A stretch of 64,000 nucleotides of DNA from Lentisphaerota bacterium (lineage in GTDB: Bacteria > Verrucomicrobiota > Kiritimatiellia > UBA8416 > JAUUYL01). The notes under the pieces were generated by a model. It was given only the letters and a program-made list of their open reading frames with translations, had not been told where the DNA came from and did not search any database. This document shows, piece by piece, positions 1 through 9,391 of the stretch (position 1 is the stretch's first letter; each line of letters opens with the position of its first letter). The stretch is from contig JAUUYL010000004.1 in NCBI GenBank assembly GCA_030590485.1, forward strand, positions 7,878-71,877, given 5' to 3'. A program made the translations under genes and the position numbers.

Positions 1-429
1 CTCACATGCTTCGGTAATGCCGGGCTTGTAGATGTTCTTGTGGACATCATCCGCCATGGCTTCCTGGAATGTAAAAGGTATAACGTCGTGAACGGTCAGA
101 ACAGTCGGAACTTTTTTGTTCTTCGGAAAGCTCCAGTTGTAGAAGTAATGAATAAGGTCGGCGCCCTCTTCGACTGCAAGGTCCTGAAAGAATCCTGCAT
201 CCAGAGCTCTGTTCTCGGCGCAGATGGCATGTGTGTCTATATCGACTGTTACGATTTTGAGTCCGTCGCGTTCACCGAGCAGATCTCTGACTTCGGCTTC
301 ACGGCTTTGCTTGCAGACGAGCACACATTCGTTACCGTCTGATGACATGTTCTTTGCTATCTGGAGCGCGCCCTGCTCTACTCCGCCGACTACGCCATCG
401 TATTTTCTTAAGTCTAATATTATTTTCAC
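1..429 (-). CDS. Glycosyltransferase family 1/4 (GT-B), partial. The N-terminus is in the window and the gene runs off the window start
   Basis: The minus-strand translation starts at GTG (complement of 427-429). It reads VKIILDLRKYDGVVGGVEQGALQIAKN...CVLVCKQS...LIHYFYNW...TVHDVIP, a GT4-like N-terminal domain with a GG-x-E motif. It is absent from the ORF track because it has no stop in the window. Confidence 0.45.
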   Translation of the reverse strand, partial: MKIILDLRKYDGVVGGVEQGALQIAKNMSSDGNECVLVCKQSREAEVRDLLGERDGLKIVTVDIDTHAICAENRALDAGFFQDLAVEEGADLIHYFYNWSFPKNKKVPTVLTVHDVIPFTFQEAMADDVHKNIYKPGITEACE

Positions 430-579
430 AATTCCCTTTCAGGGGTTTATAGGTTCAAAGTTACGGGGAGAAGGTAGCGTGTTGAGGGGCTGGAGGCAAG
501 GGAAGACTTACGCCCGAAGATTACAGGACCCCATATGACCAATAGGACATATAAGACCAATGGCGCGTGCAGGCATAGC

Positions 580-1641
580 CTACTTAAGCATCACCTGGCC
601 GCCGGTTACGGGCAAGGCCTGGCCTGTCTCGTACATTTGGTCGACGATGTAGTATATCGCGTGCATGACATCGACTGTGGTACAACCGCGGCCAACTGGA
701 ACCTGAGCCTCATAGAAGTTCCGAACATCATCAACGCTCTTCGCACCAGGCACCTTGCCTGACCGAAAGTATTGAGCAAAGAGACCATTCTCGGGATCCG
801 ACCATAGCGGGCCGTCAAGAAAGTTGCCGGGGCATACTGAGTTGACCTTTATACCGTCCGCTACGAGCTCAAGAGCAAATGACTGCGTCAATCCCATCCC
901 GCCAAATTTACTGCCGGCATAGGCACCGTTTTTGTTAGAGCCGGTCAGGCCGGACTTGCTGTTGATCTGTATGATGTCGGACCATATACCGCTGGCCTTG
1001 TTCTGCACAGACATAACCGGCGCAGCATTCCTGGCACAAAGGAAATAACCCTTGTAGTTGACGTTCGTTACCAGATCAAAATCACTCTCAGGAATTTCCT
1101 TTACGCTCCCTGCCCTGACAATGCCGGCGTTAGCCAGAAAAATGTCTATTCCACCAAAGCGCTTTACAGCTGCGGTAATTGCATCAGCGACAGAAGCGTT
1201 ATCTGTGACATTCATAGCCAGCCCTACAGCGACATCCGCACCAACGTTTTCGTTGATCTTCTCTGCCGCGGCAGTTACACCTTCAATATTGATATCGCCA
1301 AGCACCAGACCTGCCCCCTGCTCAGCCAGGCTGCATGCAATCTCAAAACCGAAACCCTGAGCACCACCTGTTACAAACGCTACTTTCCCAGCAACCCTCG
1401 CAGCTGAATCTGACACAGCTTGAACAGCAAAAGAGCCAACGCCTTCAACATTGATTACATCGCCGCTGCATGCGCTGAGTGCTTTTATGATGGCATCAAC
1501 ATCACTGTCAGCTGGAATTGTACAATCCGCTCCGCCATCAGCAGGTTTATCACTGAACTGCACCACAGGCATTTTTCCATTGTCCGCCTTGATACCGCGA
1601 AGCGCCGGCCCGATTATTTTAATCCACTCATCAATATTCAT
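580..1641 (-). CDS. Short-chain dehydrogenase/reductase (sorbitol-6-P / acetoin-reductase-like SDR) with an ~90-aa N-terminal extension
   Basis: It has the Rossmann motif VAFVTGGAQGFGFEI, NAG, and Y-x3-K (YAGSKFGG). An extra N-terminal domain (MNIDEWIKIIGPALRG...) precedes the SDR core. Confidence 0.7.
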   Translation of the reverse strand: MNIDEWIKIIGPALRGIKADNGKMPVVQFSDKPADGGADCTIPADSDVDAIIKALSACSGDVINVEGVGSFAVQAVSDSAARVAGKVAFVTGGAQGFGFEIACSLAEQGAGLVLGDINIEGVTAAAEKINENVGADVAVGLAMNVTDNASVADAITAAVKRFGGIDIFLANAGIVRAGSVKEIPESDFDLVTNVNYKGYFLCARNAAPVMSVQNKASGIWSDIIQINSKSGLTGSNKNGAYAGSKFGGMGLTQSFALELVADGIKVNSVCPGNFLDGPLWSDPENGLFAQYFRSGKVPGAKSVDDVRNFYEAQVPVGRGCTTVDVMHAIYYIVDQMYETGQALPVTGGQVMLK

Positions 1642-1650
1642 ACTGTGTCC

Positions 1651-3057
1651 TTATTTTTTTCTAGGTTTGCCTGGCTGATGAATGCAGACGCCGTGAAGGG
1701 CGTGTGCTGCTTCCATCCATGACTCAGAGAATGTTGGGTGACAATGAATGGTCTTGCCAAGTTCTTCAACGGTCAGTTCAGACCTTATAGCAACTGCGGC
1801 TTCGGATATCAACTCTGTTGCGTGCGCGCCTACTGCATGTGCGCCGAGTATCTGATCGGTTTCCGGGTCAGCCAGCAGTTTAACAAAACCAACGGTTTCG
1901 CCTGCTGCCATTGCTTTACCCAGTCCGCCAAACGCGTATTTACCGATCTTTACCTTGATGCCCTGCTCTTTGGCTTCCTGTTCGCTGATTCCAACAACTC
2001 CGCATTCAGGAACTGTGAAGATACATGCTGGAACTGATTTCTCAGCTTTCACATTCTCGCCACAAGCATTCTCAGCGGCTGTTACGCCCTGTGATGTAGC
2101 TGCGTGTGCCAACTGTGTACTTCCGGCTGTTACATCGCCAATAGCGTAGATCGTGGCTGCTTTAGTGCGGCAGTATTCGTCAATCTCAATACATCCACGT
2201 TCGTCAGTTGCCAAGCCTGCATTCTTGAGGCCCAGACCATCTGTTACCGGAGCTCTACCAATCGAGACCAGAAGCATTTCAGCTGACAATGTCTTATCAC
2301 CGACTTTGCCGGACACTTCATCTTTAGACGCCTTGATATCCTGCATCGGCTCACCCGTAAGAACAGTTATCTTCAGTTCCTTTTCCATAACCTTGCGAAT
2401 CTCGCTGCGAACATCTGCATCGAGCATGAAGAGTACATCGTCAAGCATTTCAACAATAGTTACTTTCACGCCGAGCTGAGCTGCCATGCATGCAAATTCA
2501 CATCCGATAACACCACCGCCTAGAACGAGCAGACTGTCAGGAAGCTCTTTGATGTCGAGGAACTTGCGGCTTTCAACGATATTCTTACTCTTAGGAATAA
2601 AACCAGGAACTACAGATGTTGAACCGGTAGCGATGATCGTGCTGCCCGCTTCTATCTCTTTATCCTTCGCTTTGCCCTTGCCTTTGACAACGATCTTGTT
2701 GCGGCTTTTGAACGTTGCTGTACCCTTGATGACATCAATACCGTTGCTCTGAAGAAGCATACTAACGCCGCCCTGGAGTTTGGCGACAATTTCAGCTTTC
2801 CTGTCGACCATTACTGAGTAATCATAATCAGCATTAGCTGTAACGCCCATATGCTTAGCATGTATGGAGCGATGATAGATCTCCGATGATGCTATCAGCG
2901 TCTTCGTAGGGATACAGCCCCAGTTAAGGCATGTGCCGCCCACTTGTTCGCGTTCGATTATTGCTACGCTTGCGCCAAGTTGAGCTGCTCTGATAGCTGC
3001 CGGGTATCCGCCTGGGCCTGCACCAATTACTACTACGTCATATTTCTGCATATCCAT
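1651..3057 (-). CDS. lpdA: Dihydrolipoyl dehydrogenase (E3)
   Basis: FAD motif VVVIGAGPGGYPAAIRAAQLG, redox disulfide GGTCLNWGCIPTK, and a C-terminal dimerisation HAHPTFSE-like motif. Confidence 0.9.
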   Translation of the reverse strand: MDMQKYDVVVIGAGPGGYPAAIRAAQLGASVAIIEREQVGGTCLNWGCIPTKTLIASSEIYHRSIHAKHMGVTANADYDYSVMVDRKAEIVAKLQGGVSMLLQSNGIDVIKGTATFKSRNKIVVKGKGKAKDKEIEAGSTIIATGSTSVVPGFIPKSKNIVESRKFLDIKELPDSLLVLGGGVIGCEFACMAAQLGVKVTIVEMLDDVLFMLDADVRSEIRKVMEKELKITVLTGEPMQDIKASKDEVSGKVGDKTLSAEMLLVSIGRAPVTDGLGLKNAGLATDERGCIEIDEYCRTKAATIYAIGDVTAGSTQLAHAATSQGVTAAENACGENVKAEKSVPACIFTVPECGVVGISEQEAKEQGIKVKIGKYAFGGLGKAMAAGETVGFVKLLADPETDQILGAHAVGAHATELISEAAVAIRSELTVEELGKTIHCHPTFSESWMEAAHALHGVCIHQPGKPRKK

Positions 3058-3920
3058 CTCCTTTGTTTTTCTGAATGAAATGATGATCTCACAAGTGGCG
3101 CCGACACTACAACATCGAACCCCATCTCGAGACCTTTTTCTTCGTACACGTTAAATTCTTCCGGCGTTACATAACGTTCCACAGGGAGGTGTTCTTTTGT
3201 GGGCTGAAGATACTGACCCGCATAGAATATGTTGCAGCCTGTTTTACGCGCATCGCGCATTAAACTTAATACCTCGTCTTCAGTCTCACCAAGACCCAGC
3301 ATGACGCCTGTCTTCGTTATGAGCTCCGCATCGACAGAACGTTTTAACAGTTCAAGCGAGCGTGAATAGTCAGCCTGCGGGCGAGCTGACGAATAGAGGC
3401 GTTCGACGGTTTCCAGGTTGTGCCCCAGCACTGCCGGTTTTTCATTAAGAACAATGTTCAGCAGATCTGCATCGCCCCCGAAATCGGGTATCAGCACTTC
3501 GACAATAATTCCAGGCACGGCGTATCTGACGCATTTGATAGTTTCCGCCCATATTCCTGCACCGTCATCCGGCAGATCATCGCGTGTTACGGAGGTTATA
3601 ACGACCTCATCCAGACCCATTTCGGCGACAGCTTCCGCTACCCGTACTGGTTCTTCCGTGTCGCACGCTGATGGCGTACCTTCCTTTACGTTGCAGAAGC
3701 GGCATTTGCGCGAACAGGTACTTCCTAAAATCATGAGAGTTGCCCTACCCTGCTCCCAGCATTCGCCCTTGTTCGGGCAAAGTGCTTCGTCGCAGACAGT
3801 GTGCAAGCCCTTCTCGCGAACGAGAGCTGTCATACGAGTACAGTTCGGCCCACTGCCGATCCTTCCTCGCAGCCATGCAGGCTTATTGGTAATGCTTTCC
3901 TTACTTGCTATCATATTCAA
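3033..3920 (-). CDS. lipA: Lipoyl synthase
   Basis: Radical-SAM CSRKCRFC plus the auxiliary cluster cysteines CDEALCPNKGEC. Its 3' end overlaps lpdA and its 5' end overlaps lipB. Confidence 0.9.
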   Translation of the reverse strand: MNMIASKESITNKPAWLRGRIGSGPNCTRMTALVREKGLHTVCDEALCPNKGECWEQGRATLMILGSTCSRKCRFCNVKEGTPSACDTEEPVRVAEAVAEMGLDEVVITSVTRDDLPDDGAGIWAETIKCVRYAVPGIIVEVLIPDFGGDADLLNIVLNEKPAVLGHNLETVERLYSSARPQADYSRSLELLKRSVDAELITKTGVMLGLGETEDEVLSLMRDARKTGCNIFYAGQYLQPTKEHLPVERYVTPEEFNVYEEKGLEMGFDVVVSAPLVRSSFHSEKQRRWICRNMT

Positions 3921-4563
3921 ATACTTCCATGAAACTCTCTATGACCTTTGCCTTAACGTCCTCGAATTCGACATCCGGCACAAGAAGGTCAAGAGACGTA
4001 ACGCCCTTGCCCTGTATGCCGCAGGGAATAATCCCCGCGTACTGGCCTAGATCAACTTTGACATTCAGAGCAAAACCATGCAGGGTGACGCCTCTCGATA
4101 TTCTGACGCCTATGGCAGCGATCTTATCGCTTCCTACCCATACGCCCCTGTTTTTCCTGTCGGTACCGCCAGTGACGCCGTAATGTGCCAACGTCTTGAT
4201 AAGTGTCTCCTCCAGATTTCTGACATACCGAACCACTTGCGCACGTTCCTTGCCGAGGTCGATTATCGGATACCCGACGATCTGACCTGGACCATGGTAC
4301 GTTACATCGCCACCCCTGGTGGATTGCACGACATCGATGCCCATATCCTTGAGCTGATCTTCAGATGCCGTAACATTGTCGTTATCGGCATTTGTGCCCA
4401 GCGTATATACGGCATCGTGCTCCACAAGAAGCAAGGTGTCAGGGACAAGTCCCTGTCTGCGTTCCTCGGCCGTTGCCTCCTGCAGTTCGAAAACCGGCTC
4501 GTAGGCACGTCTTCCGAGGTTCTGCACCCTTAGTTGTTTGCTTGGCATTCTGCGGTCTTCCAC
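3901..4563 (-). CDS. lipB: Octanoyl/lipoyl-(ACP) protein transferase
   Basis: LipB motifs RGGDVTYHGPGQIVGYPIIDL and IGVRISRGVTLHGFALNV. Confidence 0.8.
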   Translation of the reverse strand: MEDRRMPSKQLRVQNLGRRAYEPVFELQEATAEERRQGLVPDTLLLVEHDAVYTLGTNADNDNVTASEDQLKDMGIDVVQSTRGGDVTYHGPGQIVGYPIIDLGKERAQVVRYVRNLEETLIKTLAHYGVTGGTDRKNRGVWVGSDKIAAIGVRISRGVTLHGFALNVKVDLGQYAGIIPCGIQGKGVTSLDLLVPDVEFEDVKAKVIESFMEVFEYDSK

Positions 4564-4571
4564 TTATTCTA

Positions 4572-4650
4572 ACCCACCCCGCCCTTCGCCTTGCCAGCCC
4601 TCCCGACTGGACGGGGACAGGCTGGGGCACCCCTCCAAGGAGGGGATATT
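4572..4650 (+). repeat. GC-rich structured intergenic repeat, copy A (short form) of a 3-copy family
   Basis: cccttcgccttgccagccctcccgactggacggggacaggctggggcacccctccaaggaggggat. It holds nested hairpins ccagcc/ggctgg and cccgac/gtcggg plus cccctcc-aa-ggagggg. Near-identical copies lie at 12536-12645 (inverted) and 34585-34692. Confidence 0.7.
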
Positions 4651-4728
4651 CCCGTGGTTGCGGTTGAGGACGGCTGAATCCAATGTCCAGAACCCTCAAC
4701 AGAGCGTGTCCATAGTCCACTGCCTCTA

Positions 4729-6075
4729 CTACACAAGGGTTTCCCACAGAGCAATGTCTTCGAGTTTTTCCTTCACAGCATTGACGAACATGGCGCCTAC
4801 GGTTCCGTCGACGATACGGTGATCGACTGACAGGGTAAGTTTCATGATATCGCGAACGACGACTTTGTCATCCTTGACGACAGGAGTCTTGATCGTACTT
4901 GCGACAGCCAGGATTGCTGATTCGCCAGGGTTGATGATGGCGTTGAAGTTATCGACGCCAAACATGCCCATATTGGACACCGTAAACGTACTACCCTGCA
5001 TTTCGTCAGGCATAAGCTTGCCGGATCTTGCGCGTGTTGCCAAATCCTTGACGGTATCATGCAGTTCCTGCATGCTCAGGTTACCTGAGTCACTGATAAC
5101 AGGCACGACCAGTCCGTCATCAAGACCAACGGCGAGACCAAGATCAACGCTGCTGCTCCATGTAACGGTTGTTCCGTCTGTCATGCTGTTTACAGGCTTA
5201 AACTCTTCGAGTGTCATAATGACTGCCTCGAGAATAAAATCTGTCACGGAATACTCCCCGCCCTGACTCTTGACTTCCTGCCTGAAAGCAAGAACATCTG
5301 TCATATCAACACTTACTGTTACGTAGAAATGCGGAACATCTCTGAAGCTTTCAGTTAAGCGCTGAGATATAACCTTACGCATCTTGGTCATTGTCTTCGG
5401 CTTTTCATCTACAGCTCTACGTACATCCTCAATGACCATACGTCCACCGAGGCCTGTGGCCTTGACGGTAAGAATATCGATCTCTTCATTTACAGCCAGC
5501 TTCTTGGCTGACGGAGAGATCTTGATATCGTCATAGTTGTACGAATCGAGATAGGCAACGATGTCTTTTACGACAATTCTGCCTTCAGGACCTGTACCGG
5601 TTACGCCAGCAGGACTGATGCACTTGCTCACCGCCAATTTTTTCGCACGAGGCGAGATCTTCAGGCGAACAGGAGCAGCTACAACTGGTGCAGACACCAC
5701 TGGCGCTGCTGCTTTAGCTACAGGCGATGCTACTGGTGCAACGGCAACTTTTGGTGCAGCAGCCTTTTTCTCGCTGACCTCTGGTGCCGGCGTAGCCGGC
5801 ACGACCGCCGCAGGCGGTTGATCCGGCACATCTTCGCCGTCTTTCCCGATGTATCCCACTACGCTTAAGACGGGGAGTGTATCTCCGTCGACGGCGAATA
5901 CCTTGAGCAGTTTACCTTCGAAGAAGCTTTCCACTTCCAGAACAGCTTTATCAGTTTCGATTTCGAACAGGATGTCACCTTTGGCGACATCATCTCCTTC
6001 AGACTTGTGCCACTTGACAATCGTGGACTCTTCAACAGTCTGACCTAATTTTGGTAATATAACGGCATCAGCCAT
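4729..6075 (-). CDS. Dihydrolipoamide acyltransferase (E2) with one lipoyl domain and two tandem peripheral-subunit-binding domains
   Basis: Lipoyl-lysine motif EIETDKAVLEVES. Two PSBD-like segments: ISPRAKKLA...GTGPEGRIVVKDI and ISPSAKKLA...GLGGRMVIEDV. Catalytic DHRIVDG at the C-terminus. Confidence 0.9.
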   Translation of the reverse strand: MADAVILPKLGQTVEESTIVKWHKSEGDDVAKGDILFEIETDKAVLEVESFFEGKLLKVFAVDGDTLPVLSVVGYIGKDGEDVPDQPPAAVVPATPAPEVSEKKAAAPKVAVAPVASPVAKAAAPVVSAPVVAAPVRLKISPRAKKLAVSKCISPAGVTGTGPEGRIVVKDIVAYLDSYNYDDIKISPSAKKLAVNEEIDILTVKATGLGGRMVIEDVRRAVDEKPKTMTKMRKVISQRLTESFRDVPHFYVTVSVDMTDVLAFRQEVKSQGGEYSVTDFILEAVIMTLEEFKPVNSMTDGTTVTWSSSVDLGLAVGLDDGLVVPVISDSGNLSMQELHDTVKDLATRARSGKLMPDEMQGSTFTVSNMGMFGVDNFNAIINPGESAILAVASTIKTPVVKDDKVVVRDIMKLTLSVDHRIVDGTVGAMFVNAVKEKLEDIALWETLV

Positions 6076-6102
6076 TCTAATTCTCCTTAATCTTCTCTAA
6101 TC

Positions 6103-8394
6103 TTACATAAGGCTTTTGCAAACATTCGCGATATCATTGGCATTCGGCAAGAATGCAGCCTCAAGCACATGTGACTGAGGTGCGATACCGTTGAGGGCAC
6201 CGATTCTTGCTACAGGCGCGTCGAGGTAATCAAACACCTTTTCCATGACCTGCGATGCGATTTCGCCAGTGAAACTGGCGTTACTTATGCACTGACTTGC
6301 GACTACGCAACGGCCTGTTTTCTTGACAGAATCAAGAACCGTATCGATATCCAGCGGCACTATCGTGCGAAGGTCGATGACCTCGACGCTGACTTTTTCC
6401 GCCTGAAGTGCTTCTGCAGCCTTGAGTGCGTCGTGTACTGCCGGACCCCATGTAACCAGAGTCACATCTGTTCCAGCTCTCTTGACATCTGCAACACCAA
6501 ACGGAATTGTGTATTCTTCTTCTGGAACTACGCCCTTGAATCCGTAAAGCATCTGAGACTCAACGAACATCACCGGGTTATTATCCCTGATAGCTGTCTT
6601 AAGCATACCTTTAGCGTCGTAAGGTGTGGAAGGATAAGCAACGATCATTCCAGGCATATGAGCAAACATTGTTTCCAATGTCTGTGAATGCTGACCGCCA
6701 TAGCCTTTTCCGCCACCGACTGCAGCTCTGTATACTACCGGTACTTCGACGCTGGCGCCGGTCATGTAGTGCCATTTTGCGGCCTGGTTACTGATCTGGT
6801 CAGAAGCCATGAGCGCGAAATCCATGTACATCAACTCAACGACTGGCCTCAGACCTACCATTGCGGCACCAACAGCTGTTCCGCATATTGCGGCTTCAGA
6901 TATTGGTGAGTTGAATACGCGGTCGCGGCCGAATGCTTCGAGCAGTCCTTTAGTGACCTTGAACGCGCCGCCGTAATCAGCGACATCTTCGCCGTAGATC
7001 ATGACACGTCCGTCACGCTTCATCTCTTCGAGAAGTGCTTCCTTGATAGCGTCCTTATAAGAAAGCTGACCTTCGGCGTCTCTTTCGATAACCGGCTCTT
7101 CCTTGACGATCTTGACCTTCTGATGCTTCGCAGGAACTTCTTCAGAATTCCCGTCGGTGTACATGTACTTGATTACATCAATAGCTTCCGGATCCGGAGA
7201 CTTGGCTGCCCTACCCGCGGCAACAGCGTTACGTTCCTCGACCTGCATCTTCAGTGACTCATACCTGGCTGCAGACATCACTTTGTTTTTGATCAGCTTA
7301 TTAGCGAATGTGTCGATAGGATCGACAGCTTTCCAGTTCGCTTCCTCTTCGCGCATTCTGTATTCATTACGCGGATCACTGAGTGAGTGACCATAGTAGC
7401 GATAAGAATCGATCTCCATAAGGTAAGGGCCTTTACCCTTGCGGCAGCCTTCTGCAGCGGTCTGAACGGCGTCACGAACAGCCATGACATCCATGCCGTT
7501 TACAACCTGCGCATGCATATTGTTATCTGCAAATCCGACAGCGCGTCGTGCGAGACAGCCAACACCAGCGACCTCATCATCAGCTCTACCGGTCATACCG
7601 TAATGGTTATTGATCAGAAGATAGATAACAGGCAGGCCAAACTTGTTGCCCTTTGCCAGATGGTTAGTAAACTGGTGCATTGCTGCCCAGTTGAGGGATT
7701 CGAGAACAACGCCATTCGCGTACGCACCGTCACCGGCGAAACATGCTGTGACTGTCTTTTCTTTCTTATATCTTGCGGCCATAGCGGCACCAGTTGCTAT
7801 AGGAACACCGCCACCAACGATAGCGTTAGCGCCCAGATGCCCTACTGAGAAATCGGCAATATGCATACCACCACCGCGACCTTTGCAATAGCCCGCTTCT
7901 TTACCGAAAAGTTCTGCGCAAGTCTTGAAGATATGATCTTCCAGAACGGCTTCGAGTAGATCCTTGCGGCCCTTTGCTTTAGACTTAGGTACGCGCTTCT
8001 TCAATTCGTCAGTCGACATTGCGCGAATAGCAGCACAGCCCTTCGCGATACTGTCACCGTGTCCACGGTGTGTGGATGTGATCTGATCATCAGCGGCGAT
8101 ACCTATGCATCCGCCAACGGCACTGGCTTCCTGACCGATCGACACGTGAGTCGGGCCACGATAATCAAAGCCTGCGCAAGATGGGTATGCACCCGAGCGC
8201 AGCTTGATGATCATTTCCTCAAACTCGCGAATCATCATCATATCCTCGAGCATATCGATACACTCTTGTTTTCCGACTTTTTTCGAGCTGAGTTCACTTT
8301 TCAGCGTTTTTTTATAGCTGAAAGCTTTGATTTCCCCGCAATCTACTGTGTACGGCTTGAAATCCGGCTTACTGTTACTTAGATAATTCGGCAT
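6103..8394 (-). CDS. Fused E1 alpha-beta subunit of a TPP-dependent 2-oxoacid (pyruvate/acetoin) dehydrogenase
   Basis: The N-terminal half is E1-alpha-like (TPP-binding GDGA...NNxYG...) and the C-terminal half is E1-beta-like (RVMIYGEDVADYGGAFKVTKGL...). It is a single 763-aa ORF with no internal stop. Confidence 0.85.
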   Translation of the reverse strand: MPNYLSNSKPDFKPYTVDCGEIKAFSYKKTLKSELSSKKVGKQECIDMLEDMMMIREFEEMIIKLRSGAYPSCAGFDYRGPTHVSIGQEASAVGGCIGIAADDQITSTHRGHGDSIAKGCAAIRAMSTDELKKRVPKSKAKGRKDLLEAVLEDHIFKTCAELFGKEAGYCKGRGGGMHIADFSVGHLGANAIVGGGVPIATGAAMAARYKKEKTVTACFAGDGAYANGVVLESLNWAAMHQFTNHLAKGNKFGLPVIYLLINNHYGMTGRADDEVAGVGCLARRAVGFADNNMHAQVVNGMDVMAVRDAVQTAAEGCRKGKGPYLMEIDSYRYYGHSLSDPRNEYRMREEEANWKAVDPIDTFANKLIKNKVMSAARYESLKMQVEERNAVAAGRAAKSPDPEAIDVIKYMYTDGNSEEVPAKHQKVKIVKEEPVIERDAEGQLSYKDAIKEALLEEMKRDGRVMIYGEDVADYGGAFKVTKGLLEAFGRDRVFNSPISEAAICGTAVGAAMVGLRPVVELMYMDFALMASDQISNQAAKWHYMTGASVEVPVVYRAAVGGGKGYGGQHSQTLETMFAHMPGMIVAYPSTPYDAKGMLKTAIRDNNPVMFVESQMLYGFKGVVPEEEYTIPFGVADVKRAGTDVTLVTWGPAVHDALKAAEALQAEKVSVEVIDLRTIVPLDIDTVLDSVKKTGRCVVASQCISNASFTGEIASQVMEKVFDYLDAPVARIGALNGIAPQSHVLEAAFLPNANDIANVCKSLM

Positions 8395-8397
8395 ATT

Positions 8398-9225
8398 CTA
8401 CTTCCCTTTCTTTTCTTGTTTACTCTTTGTTATAACTTTCGTTCCTTTTTCCTTCAAAAGCTTCATCTGCTTTGAGCTGATACCCGAATCCGTTATTAAC
8501 GAATTCGATGCATTCAATTCTCCGCACTTTACAAACGACACCTTTTCCAGCTTTGAACTGTCCGCCATGAGATAAACATCCCTCGCCTGCTCCATAACCA
8601 TCTCCTTGGTCATAGCCTCCGCGGGGTCCGTCGTCGTCATCACACCGTCCTTCAGTCCGATTGTTCCCATAAACGCCTTATCCACATTCAGCTGTTTGAT
8701 AGTCGGCTTGGTTAAAGGTCCGACAAACGTCTGGCTGATCCTTCTGAGTTCTCCACCTACAATGATCATTCTCGGCCCGGCTGAGGCCAGAAGACCCGCC
8801 ACACGCAAAGAATTTGTAACTACTGTGAGTTTTCGCATATCAGTCAGCAAGCGCGCCAGCGCCAGTACCGAACTGCCTCCATCCAAAAAAATCGTATCAT
8901 TAGGCGCAACCAGCTTGAATGCTAATTCAGCTATTACATGCTTCTCATCTGCGGCAATCTTCGCCTTATCATCGAATACCGGTTCATCAAGCTGCGACTC
9001 AGTGCAAACCGCGCCACCATGCACTCTGCGAACATGCCCGCGCGCATCGAGCTCAGCCAAATCACGCCTTATAGTAGCGCCGGAAACAGCAACTACCTCA
9101 CAAAGTTCATCAACAGAAACCACCCCCCGCTCCTTCAGACAAGCCCTGATTTTCCGGAACCGTTCCTCCGCTAACCCTGTATTTGCTGTGTTCATACTTG
9201 CACACTCTTGCTCATTAATAATCAA
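8398..9225 (-). CDS. DeoR-family transcriptional regulator
   Basis: N-terminal HTH VSGATIRRDLAELDARGHVRRVHGGA plus a DeoR C-terminal sugar-phosphate-binding domain. It lies immediately upstream of the E1 gene on the same strand. Confidence 0.8.
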   Translation of the reverse strand: MIINEQECASMNTANTGLAEERFRKIRACLKERGVVSVDELCEVVAVSGATIRRDLAELDARGHVRRVHGGAVCTESQLDEPVFDDKAKIAADEKHVIAELAFKLVAPNDTIFLDGGSSVLALARLLTDMRKLTVVTNSLRVAGLLASAGPRMIIVGGELRRISQTFVGPLTKPTIKQLNVDKAFMGTIGLKDGVMTTTDPAEAMTKEMVMEQARDVYLMADSSKLEKVSFVKCGELNASNSLITDSGISSKQMKLLKEKGTKVITKSKQEKKGK

Positions 9226-9391
9226 ATATAATCATATTTGAGCAGAGGCGTCAAGAGGAAAGGGAAGAAAAGAATGATAAATGCTGAGTACTGAATCATG
9301 AGTGGGAGAATTATGGGCTATGTGGGCTCCGCGGCTCGCGGGGACCATGCCTTTAGCTTGGCAACTGCTCCACCGCTTACTGCTCACTTCT

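Noticed and set aside
1058-1360. Many 60-160-aa ORFs lying antisense to or inside long, well-supported genes. Examples: 1058-1360, 1420-1722, 8606-9241, 17066-17539, 17809-18264, 39808-40362, 45167-45550, 48143-48718, 52736-53281.
   Set aside because: They overlap confidently assigned conserved genes on the opposite strand or a shifted frame. Their composition is low-complexity Ser/Pro/Arg-rich and they have no motifs. These are six-frame artefacts.
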